64,000 bases of DNA, taken from the NCBI GenBank assembly GCA_016191235.1, contig JACPOZ010000006.1:122-64121 (forward strand). Reading direction: 5' to 3'. Below the pieces are notes generated by a model. The model had not been told where the DNA came from, did no database searches, and was given only the letters and a program-made list of their open reading frames with translations. The translations under genes and the position numbers were made by a program. Positions 32,460 to 42,997 of this stretch are shown in pieces (within the stretch, counting starts at the first letter, position 1; the number at the start of each line of letters is the position of its first letter). The stretch comes from Gammaproteobacteria bacterium (GTDB lineage Bacteria > Pseudomonadota > Gammaproteobacteria > Ga0077554 > Ga007554).

Positions 32460-34352
32460 TCACAACGCCACCTGCGCCCCCAGTTCGATCACGCGGTTAG
32501 TGGGAATTTTGAAAAAGGTCATGGCGCTGGAGGCGTTGCGCGCCATGCCGATGAACAGCTTTTCCCGCCACAGCGACATTCCCGGTATGCGTGTAGCGAT
32601 GAGGGTTTCACGGCTCAGGAAAAAAGAGGTTTCGAGCATATTGAATTGCGGGCCGAGTGGTTCGCATCGGGCAAGGGCTTTGGGTACGTCGGGGTCATCC
32701 TTGAAGCCGAAATGCATGATGATGCGGGAGAAGCCGTTGCCCAGCGGCTCCACTTCAAAACGGTCTTGCACGGGCACGTAGGGGATGTCTTCGGTGACGA
32801 TGGTAAGGAATATCACTTTCTCGTGCAGCACCTTGTTGTGGGCAAGGTTATGCAGCAGGGCGTGGGGCACGCCCTCGCAGCTCGTGGTAAGAAAGACCGC
32901 GGTACCGGGGACGCGCATCGGTGGATGGGCCGCGATCGTCGCCAGAAAGGGAGCCAGCGCCATCGCCTCGGCGCTCAGGCGGGCTATAAGAATTTCGCGG
33001 CCTTTTTTCCATGTCGCCAGGATGGTGAAGACGATGGCGGCGATGACCAGGGGAAACCAGCCGCCGTGAGCAATTTTCAGGGCAGTAGCGCCGAAGAATG
33101 CAAGGTCGATCACAAGAAACAACAACATGACCGCCGCCGCGGCAGCCCAGTTCCAGCCCCACAACGTGCTCACCACAACGAAGGCGAGGATAGTGTCGAT
33201 CGCCATGGTTCCGGTTACAGCGACACCGTAAGCGGCGGCCAGGTTGCTCGAAGATTCAAAACCGATCACTAATGCCACAATGCCAATCAGCAAGCCCCAG
33301 TTGATGAGGGGCAGATAAATCTGCCCTGCTGCCTTGTCGGAGGTGTGCAGCATCTCCATGCGCGGCGCGTAACCGAGCTGAATGGCTTGACGCGTCACAG
33401 AGAAGGCACCGGAGATCACTGCCTGGGAGGCGATAACCGTAGCCGCCGTCGCCAGCGCGATCAGGGGATACAGGGCCCAGGAGGGGGCCATCATGAAAAA
33501 GGGATTGCGCGCGGTGGACGGGTCGTGGATAAGCAGCGCACCCTGGCCGAAATAGTTGAGCAGCAGGGCGGGCAGAACCAGGAAGAACCATGCGACCTGG
33601 ATGGGCTTTTTGCCAAAATGCCCCATGTCAGCGTACAGCGCCTCGGCGCCAGTCACTGCTAGCACCACCGTGCCCAGTGCGAGGAATCCTTGCCACTTGT
33701 TATGAAGAAAGAACTCGACGGCGTAGGCGGGGTTAACAGCCGCCAAGATCTGGGGGAAATTAACAATGTTGACAATGCCGAGCACAGCGAGTGTTGTGAA
33801 CCAGAGACCCATGACCGGCCCGAAGAGCGCTCCGACCCCTGCGGTACCCCTGCGCTGAAACAGGAACAATATCACCAGGACTGCCAGCGCCACGGGAATT
33901 ATGTAGGGTTCCAGTGCAGGGGCGGCGATTTGCAGACCTTCCACGGCACTAAGCACCGAAATCGCAGGCGTGATCATGCCATCGCCATAGAATAAGGCCG
34001 CGCCAAACAGGCCCAGCGATGCCAGCAACCAGCGCGCGCGGAAACTGGTTGAGGTGGCCCGCTGCGTCAAGGCAATGAGCGCCATGATCCCACCCTCGCC
34101 CTTGTTGTCGGCCCGCATGATGAACGCCACATACTTGAGAGAGACAACAATTACCAGCGCCCAAAAGATCAGGGAAAGTATGCCGAACACATGGTCCAAC
34201 TCAGGAGCGACCGCATGGATGCCGCCGAAGGTCTCCTTCATGGCGTAAAGCGGACTCGTTCCGATATCGCCATAGACGACGCCCATCGCACCCACCATGA
34301 GAGGGAGCATGTCGCGCTGGCGGGAGGCTTGAGGATTATTGGGTGATATCAT
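32460..34352 (-). CDS. kup: Potassium transporter Kup
   Basis: GVVYGDIGTSPLY, ADNKGEGG and EALYADMGHF. Confidence 0.97.
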   Translation of the reverse strand: MISPNNPQASRQRDMLPLMVGAMGVVYGDIGTSPLYAMKETFGGIHAVAPELDHVFGILSLIFWALVIVVSLKYVAFIMRADNKGEGGIMALIALTQRATSTSFRARWLLASLGLFGAALFYGDGMITPAISVLSAVEGLQIAAPALEPYIIPVALAVLVILFLFQRRGTAGVGALFGPVMGLWFTTLAVLGIVNIVNFPQILAAVNPAYAVEFFLHNKWQGFLALGTVVLAVTGAEALYADMGHFGKKPIQVAWFFLVLPALLLNYFGQGALLIHDPSTARNPFFMMAPSWALYPLIALATAATVIASQAVISGAFSVTRQAIQLGYAPRMEMLHTSDKAAGQIYLPLINWGLLIGIVALVIGFESSSNLAAAYGVAVTGTMAIDTILAFVVVSTLWGWNWAAAAAVMLLFLVIDLAFFGATALKIAHGGWFPLVIAAIVFTILATWKKGREILIARLSAEAMALAPFLATIAAHPPMRVPGTAVFLTTSCEGVPHALLHNLAHNKVLHEKVIFLTIVTEDIPYVPVQDRFEVEPLGNGFSRIIMHFGFKDDPDVPKALARCEPLGPQFNMLETSFFLSRETLIATRIPGMSLWREKLFIGMARNASSAMTFFKIPTNRVIELGAQVAL

Positions 34353-34557
34353 AAATCCATGGGGCTACGGTAGGTGGGCTGGGCGCTTGTTTAGAGTAAA
34401 CGCGCATTGTATCGCTTTGGCAGGAGCGTAGCGCAAGGACTTTTGATCGGAGGCTTTCGAGATGCCTGCTTTCCTTGCCGGTTATAACTGGATGGTTATT
34501 TAATAGGGAATGCGTGGATCTGCGATGGGTTCATTCCTTTTGCCTTACAATAGCCCC

Positions 34558-35592
34558 ATGACAAACTCACCCACCCTGACCATACTCGCTCCCGGCCTGT
34601 TCGGCCCGCCGGGCTTGCGCGCTGCCGATTTCGCCAATCTCAACTGCGCGGCGGTGGAGACCTTGCTTGCCCGCGCTGTCGTGGAAGATATCCCGGCCAA
34701 GAGCCTGGAAGCGACGCTGTTTCATCTGTTCGACGTGGAGCGCGACCCGGCGCAGGATATGCCGGTGGCGGCGGTGACGCGGGCGGCGGACGTTGGGGAG
34801 CGGTCCGATGCCTTCTGGCTGCGTGCCGATCCGGTGCATCTGCGCGCCGATCAAGCCCATTTGATACTGTTTGACAGCCAAACATTGAAGATTACCCAAG
34901 CCGAGGCAGACAGCCTGGTGGCGGAGTTAAACGCGCTGTTTTCCCCGGATGGCTGGCATCTCGAAGCGCCACACCCTGAACGGTGGTATCTGTGCCTGCC
35001 GGAAGACCCGCACATCCGCACCTATGATCTGCGCGAGGTGTTAGGCCGCAGTATTGATGGCTTCCTGCCCTCCGGCGCACGGGGCAGGCGCTGGCATACC
35101 GTGCTCAACGAAGTGCAGATGCTGTTCCATGCCAGCCCGGTGAATCAGGCCCGCATGGCGCGCGGCGCACCCCCCATCAACAGCGTGTGGTTCTGGGGCG
35201 GTGGGTATACGCCTAGCACTATACCGGCACGGTGGAGTCATATGTGGAGCAACAATCCGGTAGCAATGGGGCTGGCGCATCTCGCGGGCATCCCTCATGC
35301 CGCCGTCCCTGATTCCGCAAGTCACTGGCTGGAGTACAACCCTGCACCCGGCGCGCACCTGATGGTGCTGGATGCGGCATACAGCGCGGCCCTTTACGGC
35401 GATGTCGGCGCGTGGGGTGCGGCGCTGGAGCAGCTCGTCGACAACTGGTTTTCACCCTTGCTGGATACCTTGAAACGGCGCGATATAAATGTGCTGGATA
35501 TTCTCCCCGCCGATGGCAGGATGTATCGTATCACCCCGTCATCATTGCGCCGCTTCTGGAAGCGGCGGCGTTCTTTGGAAACCTATTTGTGA
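34558..35592 (+). CDS. Phosphoglycerate-mutase-like / RpfE-type protein upstream of recJ
   Basis: WLRADPVHL, NEVQMLFH..PVN and INSVWFWGGG. Confidence 0.8.
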   Translation: MTNSPTLTILAPGLFGPPGLRAADFANLNCAAVETLLARAVVEDIPAKSLEATLFHLFDVERDPAQDMPVAAVTRAADVGERSDAFWLRADPVHLRADQAHLILFDSQTLKITQAEADSLVAELNALFSPDGWHLEAPHPERWYLCLPEDPHIRTYDLREVLGRSIDGFLPSGARGRRWHTVLNEVQMLFHASPVNQARMARGAPPINSVWFWGGGYTPSTIPARWSHMWSNNPVAMGLAHLAGIPHAAVPDSASHWLEYNPAPGAHLMVLDAAYSAALYGDVGAWGAALEQLVDNWFSPLLDTLKRRDINVLDILPADGRMYRITPSSLRRFWKRRRSLETYL

Positions 35593-35604
35593 AAAAGGCA
35601 GCAC

Positions 35605-37383
35605 GTGAAAAATAGCAAGAAGCACCCTGAAGGGCATAAACAAGAAAAGATCATCGTCAGGCGCGCTGCCGCTGACGGCGCCGCATTGCCTGCGGAAATA
35701 CACCCGGCACTCAGGCGCATTTATGCCGCACGCCACGTGTCTTGCGCGCAAGAACTGGAAAAAACGCTGGAACGGCTACCGCCTGCCGCACGGCTACGCG
35801 GCATCGAGCCTGCCGTCGATTTATTGTGCGCGGCGTTGCGTGGCAACAAGCGCATCCTGATCGTGGCGGATTTCGATGCCGACGGCGCGACCAGTTGCGC
35901 GGTGGCGGTGCGTGCCCTGCGCCTGCTGGGGGCAAACGATGTGCGTTTTGTGGTGCCCAACCGCTTCGAGTTTGGTTATGGCCTCACGCCGGAGATCGTT
36001 GCGGTGGCGGCACAGCAGGAGCCCGATCTGCTTATCACGGTGGACAATGGTATATCCAGTATCGACGGCGTGGCTGCGGCACGCCGGCATGGCATGCAGG
36101 TGTTGATCACCGACCATCACTTGCCCGGTGCGGTGCTGCCCGAGGCGGATGCCATCGTCAACCCCAACCAGCCGGGCGACAGCTTCCCCAGCAAAAACCT
36201 GGCGGGTGTGGGTGTGATTTTCTATGTGATGCTGGCGTTGCGTGCGCGGTTGCGCGAGTCGGGCTGGTTCGAGAGCCGAGGCATCCCCGCGCCGAACCTT
36301 GCGCAACTGCTCGACCTGGTGGCGCTGGGCACAGTTGCCGATGTCGTACCGCTCGATCATGTCAACCGCATCCTCGTGTCACAGGGGTTGGCGCGCATCC
36401 GTGCGGGCGCGTGCTGCCCCGGCATCCGCGCACTGCTCGAAGTGGCGGGCAGGCCGCGCGAACGCATCAGCGCGGGCGACCTGGGGTTCGCCGTCGGACC
36501 CAGGCTCAACGCTGCGGGCCGCCTCGATGACATGGCCCTGGGTATCTCGTGCCTGCTGACGGACAGCGACCTTGAGGCGCAGGCCATGGCCAGGCAACTT
36601 GATCAGCTCAACCGCGAGCGCCGCAGCATCGAAACACAGATGCAGGACCAGGCGCTTGCAGCCCTTGCCGATTTGCCTATGGACGACGGTGCAACGCTTC
36701 CTGCCGGTTTGTGTCTGTTTGACGAAACCTGGCACCAGGGTGTGATCGGTATCCTCGCCTCACGCATCAAGGACCGCTGGCACCGCCCGGTGATCGCCTT
36801 CGCCCTCGCCTCCATTAATAAAACTGGCGAGATCAAAGGCTCGGCGCGCTCCATTCCCGGCATCCACATCCGCGACGTGCTCGACACCGTTGCGGCCACC
36901 CACCCCGGCCTGCTCAGCAAATTCGGCGGCCACGCCATGGCGGCAGGCCTGACCCTCAAGCGCGAACATTATGACGCCTTCAGCAAGGCCTTCGATGAAG
37001 AGGTGCGTCGCCAGCTGGGTGAGAATGCGCTGCAAGGCATCGTCCTCAGCGACGGCGAGCTGTCCCCTGGCGATATCAGCCTGGATCTGGCCGAAACCCT
37101 GCGCAATGGCGGCCCGTGGGGTCAGGGCTTCCCCGAGCCGATCTTCGATGGCCAGTTCCAGGTCGTGAACCAGCGCATCGTCGGCGAAAAACACCTCAAA
37201 ATGGTGCTAAAAATAGCGGGTGACTCACGGATATTCGATGCAATAGCCTTTAACGCAAGCGACGCGGCAGCGTTTCTGGAGGGATCACAGCAATCGCATA
37301 TTGCGTATAAGCTGGATGTCAACGAGTATCAGGGACGCCGCAGCGTGCAGTTGATTGTGGAGCACATTGTGGGGCCGGAGTAG
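35605..37383 (+). CDS. recJ: ssDNA exonuclease RecJ
   Basis: DFDADG, TDHH, LNAAGRL and FGGHAMAAG. Confidence 0.98.
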   Translation: MKNSKKHPEGHKQEKIIVRRAAADGAALPAEIHPALRRIYAARHVSCAQELEKTLERLPPAARLRGIEPAVDLLCAALRGNKRILIVADFDADGATSCAVAVRALRLLGANDVRFVVPNRFEFGYGLTPEIVAVAAQQEPDLLITVDNGISSIDGVAAARRHGMQVLITDHHLPGAVLPEADAIVNPNQPGDSFPSKNLAGVGVIFYVMLALRARLRESGWFESRGIPAPNLAQLLDLVALGTVADVVPLDHVNRILVSQGLARIRAGACCPGIRALLEVAGRPRERISAGDLGFAVGPRLNAAGRLDDMALGISCLLTDSDLEAQAMARQLDQLNRERRSIETQMQDQALAALADLPMDDGATLPAGLCLFDETWHQGVIGILASRIKDRWHRPVIAFALASINKTGEIKGSARSIPGIHIRDVLDTVAATHPGLLSKFGGHAMAAGLTLKREHYDAFSKAFDEEVRRQLGENALQGIVLSDGELSPGDISLDLAETLRNGGPWGQGFPEPIFDGQFQVVNQRIVGEKHLKMVLKIAGDSRIFDAIAFNASDAAAFLEGSQQSHIAYKLDVNEYQGRRSVQLIVEHIVGPE

Positions 37384-37396
37384 TGCCCCACCGTCA

Positions 37397-37777
37397 CTAA
37401 TGCAATAATTCATGGGTAAACCTGTCGCGCCCTTTCCAGAAATTACACTGCGGGCATGACTCGCCCTCTGGATAATCAATACCCTCCTCATGAGGGCAGC
37501 CTATAATTTCCTCGACCATAGCAACAGACCCGGCCTCGTTTTGCTCGATAAAGGCAAGCACTTCCCCCAATATTTTTTCCGATTTCCTTATGTCGCTCTC
37601 CGAAAACCATTTTTTCATTGGCTCTGCTTCAGCACCTTCGGTTTTCACAATCCCACAAACCAGTTTAGTGGCGGCTTTGTTGGTTGGGCCATAAAACGCT
37701 ATCGTCGCAACGGGATAGCCCATGTGACTCTTGCTGGCTTTCTTGGAAATGAGTTTTTTGTATTTACCTTGTGGCAT
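37397..37777 (-). CDS. Hypothetical protein
   Basis: 126-aa AT-richer ORF with GCPHEEGIDYP...CPQC motif. Confidence 0.7.
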   Translation of the reverse strand: MPQGKYKKLISKKASKSHMGYPVATIAFYGPTNKAATKLVCGIVKTEGAEAEPMKKWFSESDIRKSEKILGEVLAFIEQNEAGSVAMVEEIIGCPHEEGIDYPEGESCPQCNFWKGRDRFTHELLH

Positions 37778-37900
37778 GTTTGTTTCCGTGGTTTGTTGAT
37801 GCTTGAGCTAACCAGCATGCGGAAAGCGCGGTTTTTTGCACCCTGGTTGAGCAAATTGTTGACGCTCAGGCATCAAATTGAACCCTATCATGGAATTTGC

Positions 37901-38746
37901 CTAATTATCCGCAATATCCAGCAATCCCAGCACCCCCTCCAACCCGCAATGATTAAGTACCGCCCCCGCCTGTGCCTGCACAGCGGGTTTGGCGTGATAG
38001 GCAATGCTGAATCCAGCGGTTTTCATCATTTCCAGGTCGTTGGCGCCGTCACCCATCGCAACGGCCTGGGCGGGCGAGATGCCGAGCTGCTTGCATAAAT
38101 CCAGCAGGAATTCGGCCTTACCCTTCGCGCCAGTGATGTCGCCAAGGATGCGGCCAGTGAGGTGGCCGTCGACGATTTCCAGCACATTGGCGCGGGCATA
38201 GTCGAGATTGAAGCGCTCCTTGAGGCGTTCGGTGAAGAAGGTGAAGCCGCCGGACACCAAGCCAATCTTGATGCCCTGGGCGCGCAGACCGGCGATCATC
38301 TGTTAGGCGCCGGGATTCGGTCTCAGGCGTTCGTTGTAGACGTGCTCCAGCGCATCCGCGTGCAGGCCTGCCAGCAGGGCGACACGCTGCGTGAGCGAGG
38401 TCTCGAAATTGATCTCGCCACGCATCGCCGCGGACGTGATGGCGGAGACTTGGGGTTTGACGCCGATGAAGTCCGCGATCTCGTCGATGCACTCGATGTT
38501 GATCAGCGTGGAGTCCATATCGGTGACCAGCAGACGCACCTGATCGGGGCGGAAGTCCTGTGGCAGCAAGTTGATATCGATGCTGGCCGTGGCGCGCAGT
38601 GCCGCCACTGCTTCGGCGGCAATAGGCGCTTCTGAACGCAGCCTGTAATAGCCGCTACCATGGTCAATGTCGCAATGTAGCTGAGCGGCAATGGCACGGG
38701 CGGTGTCTTTGGTGAGATTGGAACCTTGAAGTATGACGGTAGGCAT
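37901..38746 (-). pseudogene. serB: Phosphoserine phosphatase with an in-frame TAA at 38303-38305
   Basis: DMDSTLI...ECIDE motif I upstream and VSGGF, GDGANDL downstream in the same frame; reads ...GCC TAA CAG ATG... Confidence 0.88.
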
Positions 38747-38795
38747 GGTTTGTTGTGTTTGGAGGTTGGTAGGGGTGTCATTGTACAACAGGCTG

Positions 38796-39956
38796 TTACT
38801 CCCCCAAAAACAGACCCAACAAATCATTCAGAAAGCGCCTGCCCAGCTCAGTGGGACGAATGGTGTGGATGTCCCATTCGATCAGTCCTTTTTTTTCCGC
38901 CTGCTGCAAGCCTTGTTTCACGATGGAGATCGGTTGACCGGTATGCTCAGCAAATAACGCTACCGGAAAGCCATCGGTGAGGCGCAGGGCGTTCATCATG
39001 AATTCCAGGCCGACATCGTTGCGCTTCAGTGGTTGTGTTCCGCCGATGCGCGCAGGGGTAGCCGCCTTGGCCAGGTAATCTCGCGGGTTTTTGACTTTCC
39101 AGCTGCGGGTGATGCGTTGGTGCTGCGCATCGCTGATCTTGCCATGCGCCCCCGCGCCGATGCCCAGATAATCGCCGAAGCGCCAGTAATTCAGGTTGTG
39201 GCGGCATTCATGGCCAGGTTGAGCGTAGGCGGATACCTCGTATTGCCGGTAACCGTGAGTCGCGAGCTGATGCTGGCACTGTTCCTGCATCTCCCATAGT
39301 GCGTCATCCTCCGGCAATGCGGGGGGGTTAACGTAAAAGGCGGTATTCGGCTCAAGGGTGAGCTGGTACAGGGAAATATGCGCGGGTTGAAGGGCGATGG
39401 CGTGCCCGATGTCGGTCAGCGCCTGGGCAACGGACTGTCCAGGCAGGCCAAACATCAGATCAAGGTTGAAGTTATCAAAGCCGGCGGCATGTGCGGTTTC
39501 TGCGGCAGTGAACGCCTCGCGCGCACCATGAATGCGTCCTAACTTTTGCAGCATTCCGGTGTCGAAACTTTGTATGCCGAGCGACAAACGATTGACGCCG
39601 ACGGCGCGGAACTCGCGGAATTTACCGTATTCCCAGGTGCCGGGATTGGCCTCCATGGTGATCTCGATTCCAGGCTTGCAGGGTAGCCGCGCGCGAATTT
39701 CAGAAAATAGCTGGTCGAAGGCGGCGGGCGAAAACAGGCTGGGCGTTCCGCCGCCGATGAAGATGCTTTCAATAGAGCGCCCCCACACCGACGGCAGCTC
39801 CTGTTCGAGGTCGGCGATCAATGCCGCAATGTATTCGGCCTCAGGCAGGGCGTCCTTTGCCTCGTGCGAATTGAAATCGCAATACGGGCACTTGCGCACG
39901 CACCAGGGCATGTGTACGTACAGGGAGAGCGGCGGCAGGGTGGTGAAATTGAACAT
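38796..39956 (-). CDS. hemW: Radical SAM heme chaperone HemW
   Basis: YVHMPWCVRKCPYCDFNS and HNLNYW. Confidence 0.95.
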   Translation of the reverse strand: MFNFTTLPPLSLYVHMPWCVRKCPYCDFNSHEAKDALPEAEYIAALIADLEQELPSVWGRSIESIFIGGGTPSLFSPAAFDQLFSEIRARLPCKPGIEITMEANPGTWEYGKFREFRAVGVNRLSLGIQSFDTGMLQKLGRIHGAREAFTAAETAHAAGFDNFNLDLMFGLPGQSVAQALTDIGHAIALQPAHISLYQLTLEPNTAFYVNPPALPEDDALWEMQEQCQHQLATHGYRQYEVSAYAQPGHECRHNLNYWRFGDYLGIGAGAHGKISDAQHQRITRSWKVKNPRDYLAKAATPARIGGTQPLKRNDVGLEFMMNALRLTDGFPVALFAEHTGQPISIVKQGLQQAEKKGLIEWDIHTIRPTELGRRFLNDLLGLFLGE

Positions 39957-40170
39957 GGCAATCCAGGGTATTAACTCAAGAGATTGTAGCAAGCCAGGGA
40001 AATGGACGGGAATGTTGTTTTGATTTTATCAGGCGCGTATATTGCGCGACTTGCAAGGTAAGACTAAGATTAATTTAATGTTCGATTTTTAATGTGCTTA
40101 GGCGCGAGTTGCAAAGTATTTTCGCAGGTTCCGGCACGGGCGCGCCAGCGGATTCAAGGGGTATCAGGTT

Positions 40171-41217
40171 ATGTTTACTAAAGGGTTGGTTGCCGTCGCG
40201 TTGATCTGCGCATCCGCGTTCTCCATGGCGGGCGAGGCTGTCGCACATAAACATGCCCATGGAAAGAAATCCACCGTTATTGCAACGGCTCATAAATCCG
40301 TCGTCAAAAAGGTGGCGGTCAAAGTTGTAAAACGCAAGCACGTCCGTCACGCTAAGTCTGACATCAGGCATGTCGCGCGGGTCAAGCATGCGCGGAAGGC
40401 GAGCTCGCACAGATATGCGGTTGCGCGCAGTGATGACGGGAGTTTGGTGCTGATGTCATCCATGGCACTGGTGGTCAGCCAGGAGGACGAGAAAACAATT
40501 TACGCCAAGCATTCTGACGTAAGAAGCCCAATCGCCTCGCTCACCAAACTGATGACGGCGATGGTTGTTCTTGACGCGAATCTACCCATGAATGAGCCAC
40601 TGATGGTCACCGGGGATGATGTCGACATGCTGCGGGGATCGAGCTCCAGATTGCCGGTTGACTCCGTGCTCAGCCGTGAAGACATGTTGCATCTGGCGCT
40701 GATGGCCTCGGAAAACCGCGCCGCATCCGCGCTTTCACGTGCCTACCCCGGTGGCCGCCACGCATTCGTCGAGGCCATGAACCGTAAGGCGCGCGAGATC
40801 GGGATGACGCAAAGCCGCTTTATCGACTCCACCGGTTTACATGCCGAGAACAGTGCCACCGCGCAGGATCTGGTCAAAATGGTCAAGGCCTCTTACCAGT
40901 ATCCGCTAATCCGCCGCTTCAGCACCTCCGAATCCTACGACGTGGCGCTCAACGAGCGCTCTCTTCCCGTGCATTTCAGAAACACCAATGCCCTGATAAA
41001 GAACGTCGGCTGGGATATTGGCCTGAGCAAGACGGGATATATCAACGAAGCGGGGCGCTGCCTGGTAATGCAGGCGCGGATAGCGCAGCAACCGGTGATT
41101 ATCGTGCTGCTCGATTCACAAGGTGCCTATACGCGTATTGGTGATGCCAATCGCGTGAAGAAATGGATAGAAACCAAGGCGCTGCGCGCATCGAGCAGGA
41201 CGGCGAAGTTTGGCTGA
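40171..41217 (+). CDS. pbpG: D-alanyl-D-alanine endopeptidase (PBP7-like)
   Basis: ASLTK (SxxK), SEN and KTG; signal peptide and Lys/His-rich N-terminus. Confidence 0.88.
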   Translation: MFTKGLVAVALICASAFSMAGEAVAHKHAHGKKSTVIATAHKSVVKKVAVKVVKRKHVRHAKSDIRHVARVKHARKASSHRYAVARSDDGSLVLMSSMALVVSQEDEKTIYAKHSDVRSPIASLTKLMTAMVVLDANLPMNEPLMVTGDDVDMLRGSSSRLPVDSVLSREDMLHLALMASENRAASALSRAYPGGRHAFVEAMNRKAREIGMTQSRFIDSTGLHAENSATAQDLVKMVKASYQYPLIRRFSTSESYDVALNERSLPVHFRNTNALIKNVGWDIGLSKTGYINEAGRCLVMQARIAQQPVIIVLLDSQGAYTRIGDANRVKKWIETKALRASSRTAKFG

Positions 41218-41224
41218 CCGCATG

Positions 41225-41496
41225 CTAGTGCCGTGTCACAGGGGTTTTGACGCCTGCTGAGCCTCTGAGCGGGCCGGGGGTTAGGCGCGCCGACGAAGGC
41301 ATAGCCTGACGCTATGTCGAGGAGGCGCAACAACGCTCCCGGCCCGCTCAGAGGCTCCCTCCGGGCGGCGCTGGAAAACGCTGTGGCGGTGTTGCCGCCC
41401 CTTGACGTGGGACCCGCCACGCCAGCGGGGCGGCGCCTTGCCACAGCGTTTTGCAGCGCCGCAGCAGGCGTCAAAACCCCTGTGACACGGCACTAG
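41225..41496. mobile_element. MITE-like element, 272 bp, CTAG at both ends
   Basis: 35-bp perfect inverted repeat CTAGTGCCGTGTCACAGGGGTTTTGACGCCTGCTG plus two large internal stem-loops. Confidence 0.85.
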
Positions 41497-41511
41497 GCCC
41501 TTACGCCATTT

Positions 41512-42099
41512 TCAGGTTAATGCGCTGAGCAGTTGACGCAGGGCTTGCCCGCGATGGCTCAAGCGGTTTTTCACCTCTGGCGCAAGTTCCGCGCCGGAGC
41601 AATTCCGCCGCGGCACGAGGAACACTGGATCGTAACCAAAGCCATGGGTGCCGCGCGGCGTGAACAGAATGCTTCCTTCCCAGGTGCCCTGGCAAATGAT
41701 CGGGGTGGGGTCGAGGGCGTGCCGCATGTAAACCATAAAGCATTGGAAGCGTGCCGAACGTTGAGGCTCTGGGACATCGGCAAGATCGGCAAGCAGCTTT
41801 TCCAGATTGGCGCGGTCATCGGCACCCGGCCCTGCATATCGCGCCGAATAGATGCCGGGTGCGCCATTGAGGGCGTCCACCTCAAGCCCGGAATCATCGG
41901 CGATGGCAGGCAGGCCGGTGTGCTGTGCTGCGTTACGCGCCTTGAGGATGGCGTTCTCCACGAAGGTCAGGCCCGTCTCTTCTATTTCCGGGACGCCGAA
42001 CGCCGACTGGGGCAGCACTTCGATATAATGCCCCGCCAGCATTTCGCTGATTTCACGGGCCTTGCCTGCGTTGTTGCTGGCCAGCACAATGCGCTTCAT
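41512..42099 (-). CDS. rdgB: dITP/XTP pyrophosphatase
   Basis: ADDSGL, GFGYDP and SHRG. Confidence 0.96.
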   Translation of the reverse strand: MKRIVLASNNAGKAREISEMLAGHYIEVLPQSAFGVPEIEETGLTFVENAILKARNAAQHTGLPAIADDSGLEVDALNGAPGIYSARYAGPGADDRANLEKLLADLADVPEPQRSARFQCFMVYMRHALDPTPIICQGTWEGSILFTPRGTHGFGYDPVFLVPRRNCSGAELAPEVKNRLSHRGQALRQLLSALT

Positions 42100-42112
42100 G
42101 TGTACGCTCCGG

Positions 42113-42829
42113 TTAGCCCTGTAACGCTGCCTGTTGTTTCTTGATCAGGTCGCTAATGCCAGTTTTGGCGAGCTCGATCATGGTCAGCAGTTCGTCCATA
42201 CGGAAGGCGTGGCCCTCGGCGGTACCCTGGATTTCAACAAAAGCACCCGCCTCGTTCATGATGACATTCATGTCGGTCTCAGCCTCGGAATCCTCCTTGT
42301 AATCGAGATCCAGCACCGGGAGTCCCTGGTAAATGCCCACCGACACGGAGGCGATAAAGCCGTGGATAGGGTTACCTTTGATGAGGTTGCGCTTGCGCAA
42401 ATGGGCAATGGCGTCAACCAGTGCGACGTAGCCGCCGGTGATCGAGGCGGTACGCGTGCCGCCGTCCGCCTGGATAACGTCGCAATCTACGGTAATGGTG
42501 CGCTCGCCCAGCGCTTCCATATTCACCACGGCACGCAACGAGCGCCCGATGAGGCGCTGGATTTCCATGGTGCGCCCGCCCTGTTTGCCTTGTGCCGCCT
42601 CGCGGCCCATGCGCTGACCGGTGGAGCGCGGCAACATGCCGTATTCCGCCGTTACCCAGCCCTTGCCGGTACCTTTCAGGAAGCGCGGGGTCTTCTCTTC
42701 CACAGTGGCGTTACATATGACCTTCGTATCGCCGAACTCCACCAGTACCGAACCTTCGGCGTGCTTGGTATAGCGGCGGGTTAGTGTAATAGGACGCAAT
42801 TCGTCTTGAGCTCGACCGCTGGGGCGCAT
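42113..42829 (-). CDS. rph: Ribonuclease PH
   Basis: [17 protein letters not shown] and [12 protein letters not shown]. Confidence 0.98.
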   Translation of the reverse strand: MRPSGRAQDELRPITLTRRYTKHAEGSVLVEFGDTKVICNATVEEKTPRFLKGTGKGWVTAEYGMLPRSTGQRMGREAAQGKQGGRTMEIQRLIGRSLRAVVNMEALGERTITVDCDVIQADGGTRTASITGGYVALVDAIAHLRKRNLIKGNPIHGFIASVSVGIYQGLPVLDLDYKEDSEAETDMNVIMNEAGAFVEIQGTAEGHAFRMDELLTMIELAKTGISDLIKKQQAALQG

Positions 42830-42997
42830 GGGTTCAACCTTCTTAATGGAATGGAAAAATAACGGCGGATTATACCCTGAATTCCAATCGCCGTTTTTAA
42901 CCCGAATGTTTCATAAATTCGGGTTAAGATCATAAGAGCGTTACGCTTCAGACCTGAAACCGCCAGTCCTACCTGCTTTTTATAGGTTAAAACGCTG

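Noticed and set aside
38303-38305. Stop-codon reassignment or selenocysteine in serB
   Set aside because: The codon is TAA, which is used as a normal stop throughout the window
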